This document shows, one piece after another, positions 11,551-26,515 of a DNA stretch of 64,000 nucleotides. The DNA is taken from the NCBI RefSeq assembly GCF_006345805.1, contig NC_043006.1, positions 77,438,001 through 77,502,000 on the forward strand, read 5' to 3'. The notes beneath the pieces are model-generated. The model saw nothing but the letters and a program-made list of their open reading frames with translations, made no database searches and was not told the origin of the DNA. This stretch comes from Octopus sinensis (lineage: Eukaryota). The translations under genes and the position numbers were made by a program. Numbering within the stretch: the stretch's first letter is position 1; the number at the start of each line of letters is the position of its first letter.

Positions 11551-12399
11551 CTTCATAAACAGGAATTAAAAACTTAAACATATATCCAACAATATTTACA
11601 ACATTTATTTCTGATTTGATTATGTGTTGTTCATGGATATTTCTGGACAAATGCTTGTATAAAGTTGTTGCCTGAATCCCAAGTTGAACCTGACACTAAA
11701 AATCTTTCAAAGAAATTCCATTCGTGAGCACTCTATATTTTTCTTAGAGTGTAGTTGAGCGACAGTTGAGCGACATTTGGCTACTGTTGCTAGTAGAGAA
11801 GCTTTTGAACTGTATTTCTAATAGGACCAATATCTATATTCCGCTTTTATATTACTCTAGTCGATAATCTTTTCTTCTTTTTGTTCCTTTCTCTAGTCAA
11901 GTACAATAGTCAATATCATCGAATGAACTATCTTCCAAACTGTGTAACGTTCTATAGATGCTAGAAATATACATTCTTATGACAACAATTCATAGTTAGG
12001 GCAAAATCAATAGAACAGCGAATTATACGACTTTGCCTTTTAATTACATTTATATTGACCTGGTATCAAATGCCACCGGTGTTGACTTTTGTATTTTTCG
12101 TCTCCCCACAACTCAATAATCACTGTATTTATCACGCACCGGAGTTTCTACAATATCAACTTTACACCTCTTCGTGAAATTATGCGACCGTGTATTGATA
12201 TTAGAAATCGCGATTAATAATTTGAGGATTACAGAATCATTATAGCCTGAGAAAAATAACTTCTGGTATGTCATTATTTCTTCTGATTTCAAATTACACG
12301 AGAGGTCATAAAATAATGTGTCACTCAATTACATAAGTCAATATTACTATCAGTATTGTTGGTCTTGTGTCTAAATTATAAAGCATTATTACGAGCATT

Positions 12400-12620
12400 A
12401 CAAAAATTTGTTTGATTAGCAAAATCATTAAAGTGTCATACAAAGTGCTTTGTGGATTTCTTTCCAGCTTCTTGCGTTCAGAATTCAAATTCCGCTTTGG
12501 TCAATATGCCTTCCCAGCTGTCGAGGTTGCTTAAATGAAGTACCAACCTAGAATTGAACATCATGGTATAAACTACCTTCACCCTTCTAAGCGGCAGGCT
12601 TTGCATCTAAATTGCAAACA
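12400..12620 (+). mobile_element. Degraded SINE family E
   Basis: gttcagaattcaaattccgc...gccttcc...aaatgaagtacc motif, also seen degraded near 10560-10700, 10920-11050 (-), 13850-14000, 34330 (-), 52110-52190 (-) and 54095-54175 (-). Confidence 0.55.
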
Positions 12621-13494
12621 ATTTGTGATTACATGTTACTACATTCTGATTTCGAGTACCAGCCGGTTCATATGTATCTTTCATCGTTATGATACCGCTA
12701 ATATAGAAATACATTTTTTTATTGGTGTCGATGCAATCAAACCAGTTACTCTTTCATATGTATGGGTGCTTATGCCTAAATTATCCTCAGCAACTATCAT
12801 AATTAGAAAACCAGTGAGACACAGAGGCCGAAATGTAACGAAAGAGATAACTCTTGGATATGTAATGAAGTCATCCTCCAAAAGAACAGTGAACTTAATG
12901 AATCATTACAGCTGAGGACAAAATGTATGGTGGATTGTATTTTTATTCTGTAAACTTTCAATTCAAATCTCGTTTATATCAGCTTTGACATTCATACTTT
13001 TAGGGATAATGAAATAAATTTACAAGCGAAAGTGGATGATTAGTAGAATTGTGAAACTTGCGGAAGAGTGGTCTTGCTGTATATCTTCCAGTTGTTTGTG
13101 GTCTAAGCGTTCGAATTACTTAATACATTCCGCCTGATCCTTGGGTGTATGTACTGTGTGCATTTAGATTTGGTTTCCAATTTGCTGAAATGTTGCTGCC
13201 CTCCTCCCACTGGATCCAAGGAAGTGCTAAATGACAAAACCGCTACCTTCGCCTTACTAAATGATAAAATGTAATGGATAAATGCCAATTACAAAGACTC
13301 AGAGACTAATCAACTGTATCATGATACTATATGCTTCTGCGGTAAATAATTATTAATCATAAATTAGTACACGATGATAACCGCATCCGAAAACACCAGA
13401 TTTGGTTGTCATGAGATCTAAGTTGGTAATAGGATTATAGAAAGAGATCGAGTTGTTCAGTTGCTGCAAGAAGTGAATAATGTGACGTTTTAGA

Positions 13495-13790
13495 CCAATG
13501 GTTCCGTAGTTACAGCGTCGAGTTTACAATTATGTAGTTGTAAGTTCAGTTCCTATACCGGGATGTGTTGTGGATTCATTTTATTTCATGTTGCTCCAAT
13601 TCACTGTAGAAATGAGTCTGCGACACTGGCGTCAAGCTGAATCGGCCTTTGATTTTCTTTTAGATAATATCTGTGGTATAGAGAGGGGTGGCTCTTATGC
13701 ATAGCGACTAATTGTCTTCCCGGATTTGTGCCTCGGTACATTTCTAGGTTCAATTCCATGGTCATTCATGATCGAAGGATTTATTTACCT
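13495..13790 (+). mobile_element. SINE family D (diverged)
   Basis: Homologous to the reverse complement of 21385-21680 (agcgtcgag.ttac, ctgtagaaatgagt, cactggcg.caagctg.atcggc, ttctaggt.caat..catggtcattcatga). Confidence 0.7.
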
Positions 13791-14794
13791 TTTACAAATT
13801 GACATGTAGAATCTTTAAAACGTTACAAGATGATCTTTGATTTTTCTTTGTACTCTTCAGGCTTGAATTTACGCCGATGTTAACTTTACCTTTCATGCGT
13901 TTGATTTCAATAAAATGAAGTACTATTAACGAAATCAATGTATTCGACTTGACAACACTCCTTAAATTTATTGCCTGTTTCGAATATTGAAAATTTGAGG
14001 GCCGGTTTGGTTCACGACCTATCAGAAGCTTAGAGCACCGGTAGTGCAACTATTGCGGAAGAAATGGCATCACATTGCGCTATGATATCTATTGTGTGTA
14101 TGATGTCGTATTATTGATTTCAAGAGTGTTGGAGAGGAGGAAGGACATAGAACAGTAGGATGCGCCTAAAAATCTGTAGAAACTATTGTTGCGACATCAA
14201 CTCTTCATAAATGCTTGCCTTTAGTCCTAATCTTAGAAACAGACGAAAGACCGAGACCTGTATGCGCCAGATCGTGGTGTTAAACCGAACGTATGAAGTG
14301 TCTACGATTTAAGCGATGCGATAAATATTTATATAAATAAAACAGAAGGAAACCTTTCTCCATATAAACATTTAAAACGACTACATTACACAGGTATTGA
14401 AGAGGACGTATCTACAAACACACAAACACACACAGATACGTTCACACACACATACACACACACTAATCAAGACCACATTTATGCGTTGGTTGCTGACCAA
14501 CTATGCAGAATCGGACTACTTGCTATTATATTAGGCATACACAGAGATATGCATACACACCTATCCATAATTTCTCTCTCACATATAGGTAATATGTGCA
14601 TACATACGCATGAATCTCGTGAATTCCTTTTTCTATTTCACAAATTTTATATACACACTACGAACCCAAAGGAGTTCTCGAAGTAAATCAGGTGGCTCAT
14701 ACCTCCATATTATTGCTGACATCAGGTAGCCGACTATTTGTACTCTCCTCTCTTTGAAAGAACTTTTTCTTAACCCATTTCCTTCCGGTCATTT

Positions 14795-15000
14795 CAATAT
14801 GTGACCGCGTGTGTATCGTTGGCGATTTTCTTTCTTCGTCTTCCCTCCTTTGGACATTTGTCTATATCTCTAATGAAGAGCTCCACTCGAAACGTGAAGT
14901 CCTCTTTCTTTTCTTTCCTTTCCTGAGCGTCCAATAACACTGTACTTATTCGACGTCCTCGCGTTGTTGTGTTTTCTTGCTTGTTCATGTTTAGATTGAC
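14795..15000 (+). mobile_element. PLE pLTR fragment (family P1) with inactivated HHR at 14870-14896
   Basis: Homologous to 6362-6565; core mutated to CTAATGA and cleavage triplet to GUG. Confidence 0.75.
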
Positions 15001-15011
15001 TATACATACAT

Positions 15012-15097
<86 letters not shown>

Positions 15098-15120
15098 ATA
15101 TATGTATGTATATATATATG

Positions 15121-15169
<49 letters not shown>

Positions 15170-15188
15170 ATATGTATATATCTATATA

Positions 15189-15277
<89 letters not shown>

Positions 15278-15856
15278 GGAGTAGTGGTACAACAAAGCAC
15301 CAATCTTTACTGGAAACAGCAGTCGATACATTTAAGACGCTATTGTAAAGCATTTATACTAGTAAAAACGTGTGAGGGCAGCAAACATAAACAAATTTTA
15401 TCTTACCTCCACGAAGAACATTATTTAAATGGACAACCCAGAATAGGATGATCCAGTACGTAAGTTTCGCACTCTTCAAATACGTAAATTTGATTAGTCT
15501 TCATCAGCTGGAGTTACCTATACAGTAGAGAGGGAGAGAGAAGGAAAGAGAGAGAGAGGGGATAAATGGAGACGTATTTATAGATACTAAAGCGCACACT
15601 GTCTTTTATGTGAAATTTTAATAAAATTCACACAACTCAATGTCCAAAAAGCAGGTGAAACATTTCCTGGGACAATACTTTCAGAATTCTTTTGAATTAA
15701 GGATTGTGTTGTATTATGAGGAAGACCTACCTATTTATTTATTTCAACCATGGCAACATATCACTATACTGGCCCATTACAGAGGAGTTAAAGATAAAGC
15801 GCAGATGGCATACATAGCTTGGTTAGGGAACTGAACAACGTAAATAGAGTTGTAAT

Positions 15857-16250
15857 GTATGGAAGCACTCCGTCGGTTACGACGATGAGGGTTCCGGTTG
15901 ATCCGAATTAACGGAACGGCCTGCTCGTGAAATTAACGTGTAAGTGGCTGAGCACTCCACAGACACGTGTACCCTTAACGTAGTTCTCGGGGATATTCAG
16001 CGTGACACAGAGAGTGACAAGGCCGGCCCTTGTACAACAGAACAGAACAGGTACAACAAAAACAGGAAGTAAGAGTGAGAGAAAGTTGTGGTGAAAGAGT
16101 ACAGCAGGGATCACCACCATCCCTGCCGGAGGCTCGTGCAGCTTTAGGTGTTTTCGCTCAATAAACACTCACAACGCCCGGTCTGGGAATCGAAACCGCG
16201 ATCCTACGACCGCGAGTCCGCTGCCCTAACCACTGGGCCATTGCGCCTCC
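15857..16250 (-). mobile_element. SINE family B, tail type 2, with target-site duplication
   Basis: Same head and core as 6014; direct repeat AGAGTTGTAAT at 15846-15856 and 16253-16263. Confidence 0.92.
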
Positions 16251-18266
16251 ACAGAGTTGTAATACTTCAAGTACGAATGGTAAGTCCCTTGCTCTTTTGG
16301 TATCATGATAGCTTATATTTTATCTAAAAAATATTCACTAAAAGTGTATTGATTTTAGTAGCAACGATGTTGTTTGCGGATATTTTCTTTAAACACCAAT
16401 ATTCTCAGTCATTATTGCTACCCGAGAAAATCCTACGTGGCTGTGAAAAACCACTGTATATAATCGATTGATTTGCTTTACTGGTGATACTGTTACTTTT
16501 TCTTCCTTTGTACACTAGGAGAATAGAAATACAAATCAGACCTCGGAAAATTTTAACTGAAAAAGAAGAACGGCGAATTTTATATGATAATGTATTTTCC
16601 ATGTTGCTCTAATATTACATCAAATTCAAAATTTACTTAATGTACCAGTGCAATATTTTGTCTCCTAAAAATTTGTCACACTTTTATTTACTTTACTTTC
16701 ATCAAAGTTTGACTTTATAATTGTGTAAGAAATTATCGAATGGAATAGAGCGAACCACTGAGTTGATCGATCACCGAATGATATATTTCATGAATATAAT
16801 TTTGTTTTTTTCTTTTCGGTTGGAACACTTTTTTTTCAATTTATCAATCTCGGGCAAACGACTAACATCAGAATCCAACTATCTAACTTCCAATGTAATC
16901 TCAGGTTCAGAAATTTAGATATGAATATAGATAGTAAGTACAAAGATTGCTATGCATACCTTACACAGAGTGGAATATAGCTAACAAATGTCACGTTGAC
17001 CTTATTTGTTTTAGAAATAATATTATCGATCCAATGGTTGATCTCCAAAGATATCAGACATGAACAGAATATACACATGTTATAGTACGATACGAATACT
17101 GATATTGTATTGTGTGAGACTTTTATTCCTATCTGAAGCAGCAAATGTGAACATTAATATCGGACTATCTACGTAAGTACTGCGCTTGTGATTTCAAGCA
17201 GATTTAAGAGAAAATAAAAATGGTACCTAATGAGTTTTCCAATTTGTATTTTTATATGGATAATCTGCCATTTTATCAACAAAACTTCATGTGATGAATT
17301 TCGTTTAAATTAAAGCAACGGTTAGAAGCATGTTTATTATTGATTTTAGTGAGAAATATATCTGAAATTGGAATTAACAGAAATTTGTTCACAGACATAA
17401 ACTAAGCAAACAAAGAATGGTATTTAAAACATTACAGTTGAAAAGAATGATGAATGGATTTTATACAAAATTGCTTTCAAATAATTCAACAAAATACTGT
17501 AAATTATTAATTGAAGGCGAGGGTAAATAAATCCGTACGCTTCTCACAAAGCACTTTTAGTTGATGAGACATTGCAAAGTGTGTAATAGTGTTGTAAGTA
17601 AAATTACAGTATTTGAAACTGGAATCGAGACAGTTGCATTCGCACACATATATATGTATATACATACACACATATTTACATACACATATATGCATAAAAT
17701 TAATCATATACAACTACACCATATGTACACTTACATCTTAATACATGATTATGCAAATCCAACCTAGAGAACGGAAGGGAGAAGACATATGAATGGGGAT
17801 TATAGAGAAGAATACGCTCTCAGGAAAGGCTTTCGATAAGCGGAAGGAATTCATTGAAACGTGCAAATGTTGAATTATTCACATAACATTTCTTAATTAT
17901 CGAATTGTATTGCTTGATTTGAGAATGGTGAACATGAATTTAAACAACCCCAAATTCTAAATCATAGGATTTCCTATATGATATTCAGGAATAAACGGTG
18001 TTTTACCTAAAATGGAATCTATATTATTACTTGTCAAACATCCCAAAAGATCAACGAAAATGCATTTTATAAAACATAGCATCCTATTACGAAACAGATG
18101 GTGTCGTTTAGCAATTGATATCGAGCAAGTTATTCTCAAAAATGCAACTCCTATCTTATTCTCAGAATAAACGCTCAAAACTAAGAAAGATATGTATTTG
18201 GCAAAATCTTAATTCTGAATGCCGTCTCCGCTGCATCGAAGAATTCCACGAAACCTTCTCCATATA

Positions 18267-19552
18267 TCAGGTCATCCAATAAGTTCTGTCCGAATTTTAA
18301 ATAAAGAAAACAAGTGATCAAATGTTATATTTCATTGAAATATAATCATCAATGTACCTTCCCTGATTATCTATGAATTCTTTCCATCTATTTACAAGCT
18401 TTTTAATCCCATCAATGTAAAACTCTTTTGGTTTCAAAGCGAAGAACTCTGAAATGTCAGTTTCGACCTCCCCCCGGCTTGCGAAAGTTATGTCACCCAA
18501 ATGATTCTGTAAACTACGAAACAAATGGTAGTCTGAGGGAGCAAGGTTAGGAGAATAAGGTTGACGAGGATTTTTTTCCGAATCAAGCTCTTCGATCTTC
18601 TGTTATGTGATCTTTGCAGTTTGGAGTCGCTGATTGTCCCGATGAAACTTCACTCTTTTTCGATTCACTAAAACGGGTCTTTTTTTATTCAAAGCTTAGT
18701 CCAAAAGCTCTAATTGCTGACAGTAGACTTGAGCATTGATTGTTGCATTAGATGGCAACAATTCAATGTGAATTACTCCTTTGTAATCCCACCAGATAGA
18801 AAGAAGAACCTTTTTTCCATGACGTTCCCTTCTCGGTTGTAGTTGAGCTTTTCCCCTTTTACCAAGGCACAGTTTACGACGTTTAACATTTCGATAGATG
18901 ATCTATTTTTCGTCACCAGTCACAAGTCTGTCCAAAAATGCTGAAATGAGCTTGCGAGAAGAGAGAGAAGAGCAGATATCAACTCAGGATTTGCGGTTGC
19001 TTTCGGACAATTCATGAGGTACCCATTTTCCAAGTTTAGGAAACTTTCAAAATTGTTGAAGATGATGATGAACAGTTGAGTGGTTTGAACTAAGCTTTGT
19101 TGCCATTTCATCAACTGATAATGCAGGATTTTCTTCAAGTAATGCCTCAAGGAGCTTATCATCAAACTCAACTGTACATCCTATTCGATGTTCGTCTTCA
19201 AGGTTGAAATCTCCACTTCTGAATTTTGCAAGCCATCTTCTGCAAACCATCTTCCTTCATTCAAGCATTCTTTCCCATAAACTGAGTGTATGGTTTGAGT
19301 CGCTTCGGCTGCAGAGTTACCTTCTTTGTACACATAAAGCATTATGTGCCTTAAATGCACTTTGGATACTTCCATGTTAGAAAGGGTTTAATGAAAGAAA
19401 TTTTAATTCTATTATTCTGTAAAATAATATTAAATTAGTGTACACAAATGCATAAAAATTATTTTTAATTCCATTAGACCTTCTAAAATACTATTAAATT
19501 TCATTCAATTTTCAAACTGGTAAAATCGGACAGAACTTATAAGATGACCTGA
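18267..19552 (-). mobile_element. Full-length (1286 bp) decayed mariner transposon; transposase pseudogene about 19375-18355
   Basis: TA-flanked imperfect TIRs (TCAGGTCATC..ATAAGTTCTGTCCGA); fragments MEVSKVHLRHIMLY..., GKKVLLSIWWDYKGVIH, PYSPNLAPSDYHLFRSLQNHL, KLVNRW; several stops and frameshifts. Confidence 0.95.
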
Positions 19553-21384
19553 TATTTTTATCTGCAGCTAGTTTTCATATTATTAAGGTAAATGTATATT
19601 AGTCTGAAAATGTATACAGTACTTGCTTGCTTGATATAAAATATTGTACTCTTTTGGTAAATTTCTTATTAATTACTTGAAAAATGTTTACAAACATTCA
19701 TCAACACACAGTAGCCATAGTATCTGGAACCATTAATATGTGCTGTACGCATTATCTGTAAGGCTACCAGCGTCATTATAATCGTTAATATTATGTTCCA
19801 ATAAATTTCATATCTATTAGGATAGTTATGTGATAGATACCATTTTAAGTGTCAGATTGAATACAGACTGAAACTTTTCTTACGGCGCTTTAGTATGCTT
19901 AATAGAGCTTTAACTACTATGGAGACATACCTATAATTATAAGTTTATAAAGCCACGTACCACTGAGTCTTTAGGCTTCAGATTTGGGGTTATTAGACTA
20001 CGTATAGCCTAAGGATTTACTTGCATTAGAATTGCATAATCCATTTATGATTATCCGTAATCGTCGGAGAAATGCAGCTGTTGCACAAGTTAACCTAACT
20101 TTTGTTTAATATCATATCGTCTACAAGGAAATTCTTTATTTGCTCAGGTTAATGTTGAGGCCAAGGTCAGTCGAGATTGGAAGAATGCATCAGCACATGA
20201 TGTCCAGCCATGATCCCTTGTTCTTCCAATTTTCATTATTTATAGAGAAAAACACTTTGCAATATGTCAGGAAAATTCACATACTACATCTAGTAAATTG
20301 AGTGATGGCGTAGCAATCATTTCATTGAAATCTATTATCGAACCTTCTGAATCACACGCCATAAGAACCCAGCATACTTAGCAAATATATTTATTAATCG
20401 TTAACATGCTTATTAACTATATACAGCCTTACAATATGACAAGTACTCCATGCATTTTCGTACTATCTGCTATCATGCTTTTAAGTTACATACAATTGCA
20501 TAAAAATTACACTTTAAACTTGGATTTACAGAGGAAAAATCTACAGCTCGCGATACATATTTCCAAGGTGTATTGTACAATTGCATTGCTATTTAATATA
20601 AATTTACAAATTCCAGGGACTCAATGGTAAGGAATAAAATTCTCCAAAATTCCCTTCGTCTCGCAGCACATTAGCATTTCCTCTATTATTTTCACCCTCC
20701 CGTTAGTTTATATTCATCTATAATAAGGATTTGAGTTTTTATGTTATACAATAACTAGTTAAGTTGCGCTGCTTCTGATAGTATTGCGAGAGATATAAAG
20801 AAATGAAATTTGTGCTGAATGTATGTACATGTATGCATGTATGTACACATCAATATCTGTAAAAAGATATACGCCTGAATATGCATATAGTCTTACGCAT
20901 ACATATACATTTACATATACGTATGCATATATTTATGTTCATGTAAATATGAACATGTAATCTCGAAAATATTAAACGCACACACCATAGTAAGAAATGA
21001 AATATTCCAGTTTAACAGTATCTAGCAATAAAATTAAGTTCATCTTTCTTTGGAAGTAATAACAAGAAGGAATATTGGTAACTGCATTTACAAATAAGCT
21101 GTCAAAAAAAATACAGGTGATATGAAGTGAAGGAATATATGTATATATTCATCCGTGGCAAATACATTGGAGATGGATATCTCTATATAGCTTTTACAAT
21201 ATTAATGTTTTTTGGTTAATACAATTTATGTAAAATTATGTCTTGTGTCGCCCTCCTTTCAGTTTCTTAATCATGTTTTTGCTCCTGACATTAGTTAAGT
21301 TAAGTTAATTTTCTGGCTCAAAAACCAAAAAGCAAGGTCATGTAGGGGGACATGGAGTTATGTACAGGGAGGTACGCGTATGCA

Positions 21385-21680
21385 GTTCCAGTCCCCATCT
21401 GTCATGAATGACCATGAGATTGCACCTAGAAAGTTACCCTCCGAAACGCAAGTCAGGGCATGGTTGTTTATAGAAGGCCAGCAGTCGCCCATGCATACCA
21501 ACCTCCCCTATCTACAACACTGATGTTATCCAGGGGAAAAGCCGATACAGCTTGGCGCCAGTGATGTGGCAACTCATTTCTACAGCAATGTAAGATAAAA
21601 TGTCATGCTCAAGAACACAACACGCAGCCCAGTCTGGGAATCGAACTCACAACCTGACGATCGTAAGCTCGACGCTATAA
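21385..21680 (-). mobile_element. SINE family D
   Basis: tRNA-like head (GGCTCAGTGGTTATAG, GAGTTCGATTCCC) followed by gtgttcttgagcatgaca; homologue at 13495. Confidence 0.8.
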
Positions 21681-24600
21681 CCACTGAGCCATGCTCCATC
21701 ACAAGACAATAAAAATTGTCTTTAACAAGGCAGTAAAAATGAGTCATGGTTAACAAAAAAAATACTTTTCTAAATTTTAATTTTTGTTTTAGATACTTTC
21801 TTGAGAACATATCCATATTATTCATATAATTAACGTTTATACTATTAATACATTAATTATTACACACGGCGAATTTCAGGAGCGTTTGAAAGACATAAAC
21901 ACAAGTAGTTTTCATTTCTTCTCTAAGGAACAATGAGTGCAGTCTTTAAAAAGTCAGGTATTCTATGGCGGGTATTTCAGTGACAGCCTCTGGAAATCAA
22001 AGTATACCATTCTCTTCCTGGCTCCAGAAAACTTGGAATTAATGCGAGTACTATGACCAGCATATATCCATGGGATCCTTATAAATATATTCCCCATAGA
22101 TATACAGGATCAGTGTTGCAAACAATATATTCACAACGTTGGTGTTAAACCATTACGTTATTGTCCTGTATCACCAGATTGTTATATCCCGTTCTATGTT
22201 GCATTCCTTATTGTGTCATGGTATTGGGGTCTTATAATATTGCACAGGGCTCATACAGTTTATATCATATCATATTACATATATGTATGTGCGTATGTGT
22301 ATGTGTATTGTTGAATGTAATGCGTGTGCGTATGTGGGCATTTTTGTATGTGAGAAAATTTGTATCCATTGAGAAGAATTTGCGTACGCCATTTAGTCCC
22401 TTAGCATCAATTTTACATTAATGGATTAGTTTGTTATTCTGACTCGCACGAGAGAATATGATAATATTATATAATATTATAATGCTTCCATTTGATTTGC
22501 TGAAGCACTTCGTAATGTCAAGCGTTTCCTGAATAAAATGTTAAAAGACATGTAGATGCGTTTAAGTAATATTGTGCTTTATTGTTGAATATTTGATAAG
22601 AGCATTCGAAATAATGAAATAAGTATTAAGTGTATACAATCGTTTGTGTTTAGGTTATGAGCATATAGACTTACTTTTAAAGGAAATCATGTACTATAAC
22701 AGAGAGATGTGACATTAAAAATCGCCTCATAAACTAGAATAAATTTCTAGTTTATATGTTGCAATGTGTGACGTAAAAGGGCAATTTATTATGTATTATT
22801 AAGTCTCACCACTTTTTTATATGTAGAACTATGATTCACTTTGCAATTATTATATTCGGCCTTTTAATTTCGGTTTCGCTCTCTAATCTACAACATACCG
22901 TCTTTGTAATGATTCAGTGGCATAGCAAATTTACTCTGTAGACAGAAGTTTATTAAATTATTTCTATACACTTTTTAATATGTGGAAGAAAAGAGCACTC
23001 TGCATGGTTTCCCTTACAACTATGCTCACATCGCACAATTTCCGATTCTGTATGTGAAGGAGAAATTCAAATCCATAAGATAAGAGAGAAGAATTTACCG
23101 TTGTATTTCAGTGGAAATTTATTTATCGTCCCGTATTTACTTTCACCAAATGACATCGCGTTTTATTGTTTAACAACTTTTAATTCTTTGACTGAAGTTA
23201 TATTTGCAAACATCTACATACTTATCCTTATCCTTCGTAAGAAGAAGACTCAGCTATGTAGTTTATACCTTCGCATCGCAAAAGTCTGGTTTCGGGTTCC
23301 TCGAAATGTTGTCTCCTAAGAAGGGGGAGTTTTCATGACTGAAATGCTTTTCACTATTTGTTACCTTAACAAGGGGAAACATAGAGTTAAACAACAGGAA
23401 ATACAGTATCAAAGTTCACATCGACAACGATCTTTTTCAAGCCGTATCCTGTCGATTTAGCAAGGAAGCTAACAAAGCTGACAATTTAAGATGCTAACTA
23501 TTTAATCGTGGATGATTGAGAGATTTAGTGAAATGCAGGTTCAAAGTCAAGCGATATACAACAGAAAAAAGTACTTAAATTATGAAGAATGTTATCACCA
23601 TTATCAAATTTCGTTGTCGCTTCTTGAAAAACTTTAGAGATAAACAAATAACCACATAGCGGGTGTCCTCGTCACCTTCATAGTATGAAACCAAAGGCAC
23701 AAGTTCCAAATTTATGCCGCCCCATATAATATTTGTTCCGTGGGTGAATGTGAGCAAAAAGGACGTAAGTAGTGGTATGAAATATGTAGAATATAGATAC
23801 TTTACTCACGGCAACGTAAACCATATGAATACTTCCCTGTTTTTACAGACAGCAAGAACTAAAATGACGTAATATAAAATGACTAATATAGAACGTTATA
23901 AGGCCCCTGATGTCAGCGAATATTCAAAGTCACAGAAAAGAAGAAGTTTTTCATTCATTTGGTGTTCCGTAAAAGCATTGCTGTAAATTTCTGAGAAATA
24001 ATTACATCGGGCAGTTTCATCCCCAAATTAATGGCATTGCAAGCTAATATGTCTTCTTCAAATTCATTGTTATTAGAAATAGATTTTCGAAAAAATTATC
24101 ACGACTTTTATATTCAGAGCAAACACTTGTTTGTTTACTATTTAACGTTTTTATTCCCAGTTCATTCATATTTTTCGTCATATTTATAAATTGTCAGCAG
24201 AAAATAAGATTTCGCTTTTTTATTGCAACACCATGGGGAAAATATACAGAGACACTTACAAAAGAACTGATTGAATTATAAACAATGGCATTCTCATTTC
24301 CTTAACAATCTTTACAAACTTCCAGCTTCTAATATGAGTGACGATGAACTGAGAGAATTATATTAATACTACGTACTGGAGAAATATAACCATGTAGCTT
24401 ACATTTCTTACTATATAATTCATTCAAGTGTGGAAATTATGCCAGCAAAAATAACAGTCTAAATAGTTATACTCCTTCTGATTATTCCTATAAAGAATGT
24501 AAAATACAGACGAAAATTATTGATATCAAATTTACTCACTACATTTGAAGAAAAATAAATTTTGAAAAGCAGAATAACTACAGTAAAAATGCAGTAAAAT

Positions 24601-26159
24601 TTGGTATTAATTTAATTTGGAAAATGAGAGAAATATTTTTAAAGGAGAAACTGTGAGCAATGCGACATGCGTAATCATTCTTCAGAATTACTGTTAATTA
24701 TTTGGAATACCCAGAGCGGCCATATGCCACTAAAATTTTGTTGATTGCCCCATTACAATTCCTATTTAATAAGAAGAACTTTCTTTTGTTGTTGACTTTT
24801 TAAATGTTTCTATCGTGTTAGTGAAATGTGACGTATTCCTGTTCGCAGATCTAAAAGAGATCGCTTAAAAAACTGATTAGCATTTTACTAATAATTTATC
24901 TTACACCAACAACATTTTCGTAATGTGCTGGTTATGAAAAATGAAACAAAAAAAGATATTCAACGTCTTTTCAAGTCACCGAAATAACATAACACGTTGT
25001 ATAATAAATACATATCTCCGTCAACATGAGATTTATCAAATGGCCTTTAAAAAATTAAGAGAGGGTTTTAAATAACCTACCTGGACAGGAATATGACAAT
25101 GCATTTATCTCTGTTATTCATTTATATATGTAAATGAAAGAAAGTGGAAAGATATGCAAATTATGTATGTTGTAGTTATGAGGAAATGTGATTTAAGAGA
25201 AAGTGCTTCAGGCAAACAAAGCTAGACTAAGAATCTGGTTGAGGTGAGGTGGAGTGAAACATGATGTGAGAGAAGAGTTGAAGTTTAAAACAGGAAATGT
25301 TATAGTATTAATACAGAACAAAGCAGAGAAAAGGAAAATGTTGGGTCCCCAGCCACACACAATGCGAAAACATTAAATGAACTCCCCATAGATGCAACAA
25401 CTGACCCAAAGTCACAGAATAACATCTCACAAAGCTTCTTTTCAAGTCTACCAACATTGTACGCCGTATCGACTGAGTATTTTGCTGCAATCTTCGCACT
25501 GGTGTTTTCGAAGATTTTCTGATTTTCGCGATAACGTAAGTAGGAACATATTACGTATGAATAGTAACTACGCGCCGCCCATTACAAAACAACGCACTAC
25601 TCTATTATACATATGCCAATGGCTGGCATATCATGTTGTCATAGAGCGATACACTTCAGAAAAAGGAAGGAACAAGGTACCATAATGAAAGATGGTACCA
25701 TAGAATCGATGGATTTAATGGAGGATTATATTACAGATATAACTTCATATTCTCCTATTTGTCCTTAATTTTTACCACACAAAAAATTGTTTCAGCATCT
25801 ATTTTCATTTTTATATTTCTTCTCTTCTTCCTTAACAAGCTTCTATTTCTCACTATTTCTAGTGTATGCATATAATCTCACTGTATTTCCTATCACATTA
25901 TGTCAGCCAAGTTAATTTACAGGGTGTGAAACACCTCTGTTTTATTACTGGTCTCCCACTGACAGAACAAGTGTTAACACAGGAATGTGTCCGCAGAAAC
26001 TTCACAAACTTTGGCACCATTAATTTATTGAGGAATCTTATTCAAACATACAATCCATTGATTGATTTACCTCATATATAGCATAATATAATACAATTCA
26101 ATATAATGTGATATAATGCAATACAATTCAATATAGTATAATATTAATTTACACTATAA

Positions 26160-26268
26160 TTATGTATGTGGGATGAGCAAATATAACCATACAAATGTAT
26201 GCATGTACATATGTATATATCTAGATGCGTATATAAATATAAACATATATATATATATATAAATATAA

Positions 26269-26301
<33 letters not shown>

Positions 26302-26384
26302 TACATATATATTTCTATATATATATGCATGTATGTATAAGTTTGTATGTCGGTATGTATATATATATTTATACATATATATAT

Positions 26385-26436
<52 letters not shown>

Positions 26437-26445
26437 GTATATACA

Positions 26446-26476
<31 letters not shown>

Positions 26477-26477
26477 G

Positions 26478-26513
<36 letters not shown>

Positions 26514-26515
26514 AT
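26160..26515. repeat. (TA)n-rich microsatellite block
   Basis: Interrupted dinucleotide run. Similar blocks at 15005-15270, 30330-30440, 30830-31050, 32370-32630, 33600-33860 and 50340-50720. Confidence 0.95.

Noticed and set aside
15406-15515. Minus-strand exon-like segment with signal-peptide-like LTYWIILFWVVHLNNVLRG and a good donor
   Set aside because: No in-frame ATG, and stops follow the best acceptor in all frames.
16170-16250. tRNA-like sequences (also 6014, 11150, 21620, 37950, 46682)
   Set aside because: They have A/B boxes but no complete cloverleaf and run into SINE bodies; they are SINE heads, not tRNA genes.
21930-22300. Two long plus-strand frames each broken by one TGA (selenoprotein idea)
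   Set aside because: No recognisable domain and no SECIS found by eye; expected by chance in 64 kb.
25392-25540. WCFRRFSDF resembling a PX-domain motif before gtaagt
   Set aside because: W-to-RR spacing is one residue short and the downstream helix does not match; likely chance.
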